In this document: positions 52,801-64,000 of the stretch, one piece after another
How the letters are laid out: each line of letters begins with the position of its first letter
How positions within the stretch are numbered: position 1 is the stretch's first letter
Source: Bugula neritina
Lineage: Eukaryota; Animalia; Bryozoa
Direction: 5' to 3'
NCBI GenBank assembly: GCA_964035545.1
Contig: CAXIUT010000073.1
Coordinates: forward strand, 124,001 to 188,000
Length of the DNA stretch: 64,000 nucleotides
Position numbers and translations under genes: made by a program
The notes under the pieces: model-generated
Seen by the model: only the letters and a program-made list of their open reading frames with translations
What the model was told of the DNA's origin: nothing
The model's database searches: none

Positions 52801-55800
52801 TTGATAAAGTTTTTCATGCAAAACTTGATGCCTGCTTCAAAGACACCAGTGCTTAAAACTGTGTTAACTGTATTGGCACGTTGCCATGAGATATTTGGTT
52901 ATATTTAGCATCACAACATACTCTTCAGAAAGTTAAGAAAATCAGTCTATAGAAAGTTAATGAAATAAACCTACCAGAGAGAGTAAGCCAGATGTAACAA
53001 GTAGATCCAAAACAAGTTGATTAACAATTGAAGTTGAATTCTCCATGTAGTGAATACTTTAGTCCTAATGTCAAATGCAAACGTCTGCAACCAAATTGTG
53101 TAGACTTCATGAGCTGGTTAGCTGACAGGACTCATTAAAGTTCTTAGCTGTTGTGTGTATAGTGATGCCCATCTTGAACTAGAGAGGGCTGACGGAAGAC
53201 TGCTACTTTGTGAAAATTGACAATGCATATTATTATTATTCATTGTTGAGATTCACGACTGCCATAAACAATGATAAAATATTCATTGTTGGTACTACTG
53301 AGTAGAATAAAATATAATATAATATTATTCTCTGGACAGATAAACAATATCAAATGCATATTATAACATTACCATAAATCTACGGCGCTTCACATCTTCA
53401 CTTTTTTCTGCAATGTTATTTCTTTGCAGTTAGAAGTACTAGCTGAATATATGACTATGAAACATAACCCTTCAATTTCATTGCACCAGCACCGATTTCA
53501 ATGTAGGTGTGTTGGGAGTTATCTTTCCTAAATTTTTGTTCTTGGCAATTATACGAAACAGACACAGGCTAATATTAGTTTTGTTATTTGCAAGAGTTTT
53601 TCTGTCTGATTGTCCATCAGCAAAAGTTTGCGCCTTCCCGTTATTATGGAAATTCCAGTGCTGCTGGAAGACCTTTGCATTGTACACCCGCCTTTACTAT
53701 TGAATTTAGATGTTTTATTTTCCCATCCCCTCTCCTGCCCCCCTGTCCCCTCTAACAACCAGCAATCCTGACTCATGCGAAATGTGTTATTGTTCTAGAG
53801 TTGGCCCATGGGCCTACAGTATACGATTTGAAGCTTTATAGTTTACAGGCAGTGGAGATGAGTCACTGCTGAAACCCATTTTATTAGTAGACTATATTGC
53901 TCTTCAATCATCAGTTTTCATATTCAAAGAGAAAGCTCATCTGCAGCGCCATTTCACAGTGTTATATTTTGCTAGAGTAATAACTTATTTTAGATGCCTT
54001 TGCAAACATATGAGAAGTAAATGAGTCATTTTATGAAAAGAGGTGTTTGCAGCAGTTGTCCACTTTTGATTTAGACGCGTCATGGAAACTTTTGTAGTTT
54101 TAAATAATATCTCCAAACTCATCACTTGCATGTGTTTATATACTTGATAAAGTTTTTCATGCAAAACTTGATGCCTGCTTCAAAGACACCAGTGCTTAAA
54201 ACTGTGTTAACTGTATTGGCACGTTGCCATAAGATATTTGGTAATATTTCGCATCACAACAAACTCTTCAGAAAGTTAAGAAATTCAGTGTAGAAAGTTA
54301 CTGAAATAAACCTACCAGAGAGAGTAAGCCAGATGTAACAAGTAGATCCAAAACAAGTTGATTAACAATTGAAGTTGAATTCTCCATGTAGTGAATACTT
54401 TAGTCCTAATGTCAAATGCAAACGTCTGCAACCAAATTGTATAGACTTCATGAGCTGGTTAGCTGACAGGACTCATTAAAGTTCTTAACTCTTGTGTGTA
54501 TAGTGATGCCCATCTTGAACTAGAGAGGGCTGACTGAAGACTGCTACTTTGTGAAAATTGACAATGCATATTATTATTATTCATTGTTGAGATTCACGAC
54601 TGCCATAAACAATGATAAAATATTCATTGTTGGTACTACTGAGTAGAATAAAATATAATATAATATTATTCTCTGGACAGATAAACAATATCAAATGCAT
54701 AATATAACATTACCATAAATCTACGGCGCTTCACATCTTCACCTTTTTCTGCAATGTTATTTCTTTGCAGTTAGAAGTACTAGCTGAATATATGACTATG
54801 AAACATAACCCTTCAATTTCATTGCACCAGCACCGATTTCAATATAGGTGTGCTGGGAGTTATCTTTCCTAAAGTTTTGTTCTTGGTGTTTATACGAAGC
54901 AGACACAGGCTAATATTAGTTTTGTTATTTGCAAGAGTTTTTCTGTCTGATTGTCCATCAGCAAAAGTTTGCGCCTTGCAGTTATTATGGAAATACCAGT
55001 GATGCTGGAAGACCTTTGCATTGTACACCCGCCTTTACTATTGAATTTAGATGTTTTATTTTCCCATCCCCTCTCCTGCCCCCCTGTCCCCTCTAACAAC
55101 CAGCAATCCTGACTCATGTGAAATGTGTTATTAAGTTTTAGAGTTGGACCATGGGCCTACAGTATACGATTTGAAGCTTTATAGTTTACAGGCAGTGGAG
55201 ATGAGTCACTGCTGAAACCCATTTTATTAGTAGACTATATTGCTCTTCAATCATCAGTTTGCATATTAAAACAGAAAGCTCATCTGCAGCGCCATTTCAC
55301 AGTGTTATATTTTGCTAGAGTAATAACTAATTTTAGATGCCTTTGCAAACATATGAGAAATAAATGAGTCATTTTATGAAAAGAGGTGTTTGCAGCAGTT
55401 GTCCACTTTTGATTTAGACGCGTCATGGAAACTTTTGTAGTTTTAAATAATATCTCCAAACTCATCACTTGCATGTGTTTATATACTTGATAAAGTTTTT
55501 CATGCAAAACTTGATGCCTGCTTCAAAGACACCAGTGCTTAAAACTGTGTTAACTGTATTGGCACGTTGCCATGAGATATTTGGTTATATTTAGCATCAC
55601 AACATACTCTTCAGAAAGTTAAGAAAATCAGTCTATAGAAAGTTAATGAAATAAACCTACCAGAGAGAGTAAGCCAGATGTAACAAGTAGATCCAAAACA
55701 AGTTGATTAACAATTGAAGTTGAATTCTCCATGTAGTGAATACTTTAGTCCTAATGTCAAATGCAAACGTCTGCAACCAAATTGTGTAGACTTCATGAGC

Positions 55801-58800
55801 TGGTTAGCTGACAGGACTCATTAAAGTTCTTAGCTGTTGTGTGTATAGTGATGCCCATCTTGAACTAGAGAGGGCTGACGGAAGACTGCTACTTTGTGAA
55901 AATTGACAATGCATATTATTATTATTCATTGTTGAGATTCACGACTGCCATAAACAATGATAAAATATTCATTGTTGGTACTACTGAGTAGAATAAAATA
56001 TAATATAATATTATTCTCTGGACAGATAAACAATATCAAATGCATATTATAACATTACCATAAATCTACGGCGCTTCACATCTTCACTTTTTTCTGCAAT
56101 GTTATTTCTTTGCAGTTAGAAGTACTAGCTGAATATATGACTATGAAACATAACCCTTCAATTTCATTGCACCAGCACCGATTTCAATGTAGGTGTGTTG
56201 GGAGTTATCTTTCCTAAATTTTTGTTCTTGGCAATTATACGAAACAGACACAGGCTAATATTAGTTTTGTTATTTGCAAGAGTTTTTCTGTCTGATTGTC
56301 CATCAGCAAAAGTTTGCGCCTTCCCGTTATTATGGAAATTCCAGTGCTGCTGGAAGACCTTTGCATTGTACACCCGCCTTTACTATTGAATTTAGATGTT
56401 TTATTTTCCCATCCCCTCTCCTGCCCCCCTGTCCCCTCTAACAACCAGCAATCCTGACTCATGCGAAATGTGTTATTGTTCTAGAGTTGGCCCATGGGCC
56501 TACAGTATACGATTTGAAGCTTTATAGTTTACAGGCAGTGGAGATGAGTCACTGCTGAAACCCATTTTATTAGTAGACTATATTGCTCTTCAATCATCAG
56601 TTTTCATATTCAAAGAGAAAGCTCATCTGCAGCGCCATTTCACAGTGTTATATTTTGCTAGAGTAATAACTAATTTTAGATGCCTTTGCAAACATATGAG
56701 AAATAAATGAGTCATTTTATGAAAAGAGGTGTTTGCAGCAGTTGTCCACTTTTGATTTAGACGCGTCATGGAAACTTTTGTAGTTTTAAATAATATCTCC
56801 AAACTCATCACTTGCATGTGTTTATATACTTGATAAAGTTTTTCATGCAAAACTTGATGCCTGCTTCAAAGACACCAGTGCTTAAAACTGTGTTAACTGT
56901 ATTGGCACGTTGCCATGAGATATTTGGTAATATTTAGCATCACAACATACTCTTCAGAAAGTTAAGAAAATCAGTCTATAGAAAGTTAATGAAATAAACC
57001 TACCAGAGAGAGTAAGCCAGATGTAACAAGTAGATCCAAAACAAGTTGATTGACAATTGAAGTTGAATTCTCCATGTAGTGAATACTTTAGTCCTAATGT
57101 CAAATGCAAACGTCTGCAACCAAATTGTGTAGACTTCATGAGCTGGTTAGCTGACAGGACTCATTAAAGTTCTTAACTCTTGTGTGTATAGTGATGCCCA
57201 TCTTGAACTAGAGAGGGCTGACTGAAGACTGCTACTTTGTGAAAATTGACAATGCATATTATTATTATTCATTGTTGAGATTCACGACTGCCATAAACAA
57301 TGATAAAATATTCATTGTTGGTACTACTGAGTAGAATAAAATATAATATAATATTATTCTCTGGACAGATAAACAATATCAAATGCATAATATAACATTA
57401 CCATAAATCTACGGCGCTTCACATCTTCACCTTTTTCTGCAATGTTATTTCTTTGCAGTTAGAAGTACTAGCTGAATATATGACTATGAAACATAACCCT
57501 TCAATTTCATTGCACCAGCACCGATTTCAATATAGGTGTGTTGGGAGTTATCTTTCCTAAAGTTTTGTTCTTGGTGTTTATACGAAGCAGACACAGGCTA
57601 ATATTAGTTTTGTTATTTGCAAGAGTTTTTCTGTCTGATTGTCCATCAGCAAAAGTTTGCGCCTTGCTGTTATTATGGAAATACCAGTGATGCTGGAAGA
57701 CCTTTGCATTGTACACCCGCCTTTACTATTGAATTTAGATGTTTTATTTTCCCATCCCCTCTCCTGCCCCCCTGTCCCCTCTAACAACCAGCAATCCTGA
57801 CTCATGCGAAATGTGTTATTAAGTTTTAGAGTTGGACCATGGGCCTACAGTATACGATTTGAAGCTTTATAGTTTACAGGCAGTGGAGATGAGTCACTGC
57901 TGAAACCCATTTTATTAGTAGACTATATTGCTCTTCAATCATCAGTTTGCATATTAAAACAGAAAGCTCATCTGCAGCGCCATTTCACAGTGTTAAATTT
58001 TGCTAGAGTAAAAATTAATTTTAGATGCCTTTGCAAACATATGAGAAATAAATGAGTCATTTTATGAAAAGAGGTGTTTGCAGCAGTTGTCCACTTTTGA
58101 TTTAGACGCGTCATGGAAACTTTTGTAGTTTTAAATAATATCTCCAAACTCATCACTTGCATGTGTTTATATACTTGATAAAGTTTTTCATGCAAAACTT
58201 GATGCCTGCTTCAAAGACACCAGTGCTTAAAACTGTGTTAACTGTATTGGCACGTTGCCATGGGATATTTGGTTATATTTAGCATCACAACATACTCTTC
58301 AGAAAGTTAAGAAAATCAGTCTATAGAAAGTTAATGAAATAAACCTACCAGAGAGAGTAAGCCAGATGTAACAAGTAGATCCAAAACAAGTTGATTAACA
58401 ATTGAAGTTGAATTCTCCATGTAGTGAATACTTTAGTCCTAATGTCAAATGCAAACGTCTGCAACCAAATTGTGTAGACTTCATGAGCTGGTTAGCTGAC
58501 AGGACTCATTAAAGTTCTTAACTGTTGTGTGTATAGTGATGCCCATCTTGAACTAGAGAGGGCTGACGGAAGACTGCTACTTTGTGAAAATTGACAATGC
58601 ATATTATTATTATTCATTGTTGAGATTCACGACTGCCATAAACAATGATAAAATATTCATTGTTGGTACTACTGAGTAGAATAAAATATATTATAATATT
58701 ATTCTCTGGACAGATAAACAATATCAAATGCATATTATAACATTACCATAAATCTACGGCGCTTCACATCTTCACTTTTTTCTGCAATGTTATTTCTTTG

Positions 58801-61800
58801 CAGTTAGAAGTACTAGCTGAATATATGACTATGAAACATAACCCTTCAATTTCATTGCACCAGCACCGATTTCAATGTAGGTGTGTTGGGAGTTATCTTT
58901 CCTAAATTTTTGTTCTTGGCAATTATACGAAACAGACACAGGCTAATATTAGTTTTGTTATTTGCAAGAGTTTTTCTGTCTGATTGTCCATCAGCAAAAG
59001 TTTGCGCCTTCCCGTTATTATGGAAATTCCAGTGCTGCTGGAAGACCTTTGCATTGTACACCCGCCTTTACTATTGAATTTAGATGTTTTATTTTCCCAT
59101 CCCCTCTCCTGCCCCCCTGTCCCCTCTAACAACCAGCAATCCTGACTCATGCGAAATGTGTTATTGTTCTAGAGTTGGCCCATGGGCCTACAGTATACGA
59201 TTTGAAGCTTTATAGTTTACAGGCAGTGGAGATGAGTCACTGCTGAAACCCATTTTATTAGTAGACTATATTGCTCTTCAATCATCAGTTTTCATATTCA
59301 AAGAGAAAGCTCATCTGCAGCGCCATTTCACAGTGTTATATTTTGCTAGAGTAATAACTAATTTTAGATGCCTTTGCAAACATATGAGAAATAAATGAGT
59401 CATTTTATGAAAAGAGGTGTTTGCAGCAGTTGTCCACTTTTGATTTAGACGCGTCATGGAAACTTTTGTAGTTTTAAATAATATCTCCAAACTCATCACT
59501 TGCATGTGTTTATATACTTGATAAAGTTTTTCATGCAAAACTTGATGCCTGCTTCAAAGACACCAGTGCTTAAAACTGTGTTAACTGTATTGGCACGTTG
59601 CCATGAGATATTTGGTTATATTTAGCATCACAACATACTCTTCAGAAAGTTAAGAAAATCAGTCTATAGAAAGTTAATGAAATAAACCTACCAGAGAGAG
59701 TAAGCCAGATGTAACAAGTAGATCCAAAACAAGTTGATTGACAATTGAAGTTGAATTCTCTATGTAGTGAATACTTTAGTCCTAATGTCAAATGCAAACG
59801 TCTGCAACCAAATTGTGTAGACTTCATGAGCTGGTTAGCTGACAGGACTCATTAAAGTTCTTAACTCTTGTGTGTATAGTGATGCCCATCTTGAACTAGA
59901 GAGGGCTGACTGAAGACTGCTACTTTGTGAAAATTGACAATGCATATTATTATTATTCATTGTTGAGATTCACGACTGCCATAAACAATGATAAAATATT
60001 CATTGTTGGTACTACTGAGTAGAATAAAATATAATATAATATTATTCTCTGGACAGATAAACAATATCAAATGCATAATATAACATTACCATAAATCTAC
60101 GGCGCTTCACATCTTCACCTTTTTCTGCAATGTTATTTCTTTGCAGTTAGAAGTACTAGCTGAATATATGACTATGAAACATAACCCTTCAATTTCATTG
60201 CACCAGCACCGATTTCAATATAGGTGTGTTGGGAGTTATCTTTCCTAAAGTTTTGTTCTTGGTGTTTATACGAAGCAGACACAGGCTAATATTAGTTTTG
60301 TTATTTGCAAGAGTTTTTCTGTCTGATTGTCCATCAGCAAAAGTTTGCGCCTTGCTGTTATTATGGAAATACCAGTGATGCTGGAAGACCTTTGCATTGT
60401 ACACCCGCCTTTACTATTGAATTTAGATGTTTTATTTTCCCATCCCCTCTCCTGCCCCCCTGTCCCCTCTAACAACCAGCAATCCTGACTCATGCGAAAT
60501 GTGTTATTAAGTTTTAGAGTTGGACCATGGGCCTACAGTATACGATTTGAAGCTTTATAGTTTACAGGCAGTGGAGATGAGTCACTGCTGAAACCCATTT
60601 TATTAGTAGACTATATTGCTCTTCAATCATCAGTTTTCATATTCAAAGAGAAAGCTCATCTGCAGCGCCATTTCACAGTGTTAAATTTTGCTAGAGTAAA
60701 AATTAATTTTAGATGCCTTTGCAAACATATGAGAAATAAATGAGTCATTTTATGAAAAGAGGTGTTTGCAGCAGTTGTCCACTTTTGATTTAGACGCGTC
60801 ATGGAAACTTTTGTAGTTTTAAATAATATCTCCAAACTCATCACTTGCATGTGTTTATATACTTGATAAAGTTTTTCATGCAAAACTTGATGCCTGCTTC
60901 AAAGACACCAGTGCTTAAAACTGTGTTAACTGTATTGGCACGTTGCCATGAGATATTTGGTTATATTTAGCATCACAACATACTCTTCAGAAAGTTAAGA
61001 AAATCAGTCTATAGAAAGTTAATGAAATAAACCTACCAGAGAGAGTAAGCCAGATGTAACAAGTAGATCCAAAACAAGTTGATTAACAATTGAAGTTGAA
61101 TTCTCCATGTAGTGAATACTTTAGTCCTAATGTCAAATGCAAACGTCTGCAACCAAATTGTGTAGACTTCATGAGCTGGTTAGCTGACAGGACTCATTAA
61201 AGTTCTTAACTGTTGTGTGTATAGTGATGCCCATCTTGAACTAGAGAGGGCTGACGGAAGACTGCTACTTTGTGAAAATTGACAATGCATATTATTATTA
61301 TTCATTGTTGAGATTCACGACTGCCATAAACAATGATAAAATATTCATTGTTGGTACTACTGAGTAGAATAAAATATAATATAATATTATTCTCTGGACA
61401 GATAAACAATATCAAATGCATATTATAGCATTACCATAAATCTACGGCGCTTCACATCTTCACTTTTTTCTGCAATGTTATTTCTTTGCAGTTAGAAGTA
61501 CTAGCTGAATATATGACTATGAAACATAACCCTTCAATTTCATTGCACCAGCACCGATTTCAATGTAGGTGTGTTGGGAGTTATCTTTCCTAAATTTTTG
61601 TTCTTGGCAATTATACGAAACAGACACAGGCTAATATTAGTTTTGTTATTTGCAAGAGTTTTTCTGTCTGATTGTCCATCAGCAAAAGTTTGCGCCTTCC
61701 CGTTATTATGGAAATTTCAGTGCTGCTGGAAGACCTTTGCATTGTACACCCGCCTTTACTATTGAATTTAGATGTTTTATTTTCCCATCCCCTCTCCTGC

Positions 61801-64000
61801 CCCCCTGTCCCCTCTAACAACCAGCAATCCTGACTCATGCGAAATGTGTTATTAAGTTTTAGAGTTGGACCATGGGCCGACAGTATACGATTTGAAGCTT
61901 TATAGTTTACAGGCAGTGGAGATGAGTCACTGCTGAAACCCATTTTATTAGTAGACTATATTGCTCTTCAATCATCAGTTTTCATATTCAAAAAGAAAGC
62001 TCATCTGCAGCGCCATTTCACAGTGTTATATTTTTCTAGAGTAATAACTAATTTTAGATGCCTTTGCAAACATATGAGAAATAAATGAGTCATTTTATGA
62101 AAAGAGGTGTTTGCAGCAGTTGTCGACTTTTGATTTAGACGCGTCATGGAAACTTTTGTAGTTTTAAATAATATCTCCAAACTCATCACTTGCATGTGTT
62201 TATATACTTGATAAAGTTTTTCATGCAAAACTTGATGCCTGCTTCAAAGACACCAGTGCTTAAAACTGTGTTAACTGTATTGGCACGTTGCCATGAGATA
62301 TTTGGTTATATTTAGCATCACAACATACTCTTCAGAAAGTTAAGAAAATCAGTCTATAGAAAGTTAATGAAATAAACCTACCAGAGAGAGTAAGCCAGAT
62401 GTAACAAGTAGATCCAAAACAAGTTGATTAACAATTGAAGTTGAATTCTCCATGTAGTGAATACTTTAGTCCTAATGTCAAATGCAAACGTCTGCAACCA
62501 AATTGTGTAGACTTCATGAGCTGGTTAGCTGACAGGACTCATTAAAGTTCTTAACTGTTGTGTGTATAGTGATGCCCATCTTGAACTAGAGAGGGCTGAC
62601 TGAAGACTGCTACCTACTTTGTGAAAATTGACAATGCATATTATTATTATTCATTGTTGAGATTCACGACTGCCATAAACAATGATAAAATATTCATTGT
62701 TGGTACTACTGAGTAGAATAAAATATAATATAATATTATTCTCTGGACAGATAAACAATATCAAATGCATATTATAACATTACCATAAATCTACGGCGCT
62801 TCACATCTTCACTTTTTTCTGCAATGTTATTTCTTTGCAGTTAGAAGTACTAGCTGAATATATGACTATGAAACATAACCCTTCAATTTCATTGCACCAG
62901 CACCGATTTCAATATAGGTGTGTTGGGAGTTATCTTTCCTAAAGTTTTGTTCTTGGTGTTTATTCGAAGCAGACACAGGCTAATATTAGTTTTGTTATTT
63001 GCAAGAGTTTTTCTGTCTGATTGTCCATCAGCAAAAGTTTGCGCCTTGCAGTTATTATGGAAATACCAGTGATGCTGGAAGACCTTTGCATTGTACACCC
63101 GCCTTTACTATTGAATTTAGATGTTTTATTTTCCCATCCCCTCTCCTGCCCCCCTGTCCCCTCTAACAACCAGCAATCCTGACTCATGTGAAATGTGTTA
63201 TTAAGTTTTAGAGTTGGACCATGGGCCTACAGTATACGATTTGAAGCTTTATAGTTTACAGGCAGTGGAGATGAGTCACTGCTGAAACCCATTTTATTAG
63301 TAGACTATATTGCTCTTCAATCATCAGTTTGCATATTAAAACAGAAAGCTCATCTGCAGCGCCATTTCACAGTGTTAAATTTTGCTAGAGTAAAAATTAA
63401 TTTTAGATGCCTTTGCAAACATATGAGAAATAAATGAGTCATTTTATGAAAAGAGGTGTTTGCAGCAGTTGTCCACTTTTGATTTAGACGCGTCATGGAA
63501 ACTTTTGTAGTTTTAAATAATATCTCCAAACTCATCACTTGCATGTGTTTATATACTTGATAAAGTTTTTCATGCAAAACTTGATGCCTGCTTCAAAGAC
63601 ACCAGTGCTTAAAACTGTGTTAACTGTATTGGCACGTTGCCATGAGATATTTGGTTATATTTAGCATCACAACATACTCTTCAGAAAGTTAAGAAAATCA
63701 GTCTATAGAAAGTTAATGAAATAAACCTACCAGAGAGAGTAAGCCAGATGTAACAAGTAGATCCAAAACAAGTTGATTAACAATTGAAGTTGAATTCTCC
63801 ATGTAGTGTATACTTTAGTCCTAATGTCAAATGCAAACGTCTGCAACCAAATTGTGTAGACTTCATGAGCTGGTTAGCTGACAGGACTCATTAAAGTTCT
63901 TAACTGTTGTGTGTATAGTGATGCCCATCTTGAACTAGAGAGGGCTGACGGAAGACTGCTACTTTGTGAAAATTGACAATGCATATTATTATTATTCATT

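Larger units (their letters stand above)
7400..53900. repeat. Homogenised core of interleaved variant A (1345 bp) and variant B (1343 bp) units
   Basis: A: caatataggt, ggtgtttatacgaagc, ccttgcag, taccagtgatg, catgtg, att(a/t)agttttag, ggaccat. B: caatgtaggt, ggcaattatacgaaac, cttcccg, ttccagtgctg, catgcg, attgttctag, ggcccat. Order from 7780: A A A B A B A A B (B/A) (A/B) B A A A A B A B A A B B A (B/A) B A A B B A B A B B. Confidence 0.92.
1..64000. repeat. Tandem macrosatellite array, ~1337-1349 bp unit, ~47.6 head-to-tail copies
   Basis: The anchor 'ccctctaacaaccagcaatcctgactcatg' and the same 69-aa frame recur at 1081, 2420, 3760, 5097, 6439, 7780, 9125 ... 62889, with spacings of about 1337-1349 bp. 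No interruption or inversion was seen. Confidence 0.99.

Noticed and set aside
988-63577. Recurrent 60-110 aa ORFs (MYNAKVF..., MSQDCW..., MHEKLY... and others)
   Set aside because: They are short, overlap on both strands and have no recognisable domain. Starts and stops shift between subfamilies and most differences are non-synonymous. Their recurrence simply reflects the tandem repeat.

Overview
The whole 64 kb window is one head-to-tail tandem array (macrosatellite) of a ~1.34 kb AT-rich unit, about 47.6 copies, all in the same orientation. I saw no unique sequence and neither array end. It looks eukaryotic: I counted about 16 CpG in the first unit against roughly 40 expected at ~35% GC, which suggests a methylated, possibly vertebrate, genome. 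I recognise no protein-coding gene, rRNA, tRNA, snRNA or transposase; the ORF track is a few short frames recurring once per unit. The array has a readable history. A more diverged subfamily occupies ~1-7.4 kb. A highly homogenised core follows, made of two interleaved variants (A = 1345 bp, B = 1343 bp), with a ~13 kb block duplication at offset 17473, a 7-unit tandem duplication at offset 9407, chimeric crossover units and two islands of old-type sequence. Private mutations rise again after ~54 kb. Each unit carries a regulatory-looking cassette: a canonical G-quadruplex motif directly followed by three perfect AP-1-type TGA(C/G)TCA sites, and a separate cluster of three perfect Sox/HMG CATTGTT sites. 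Weaker candidates per unit are a K-turn-like hairpin and a possible two-exon micro-ORF. My best hypothesis, which is inference only, is a ~48-fold amplified enhancer/promoter or non-coding transcription unit rather than an inert satellite.
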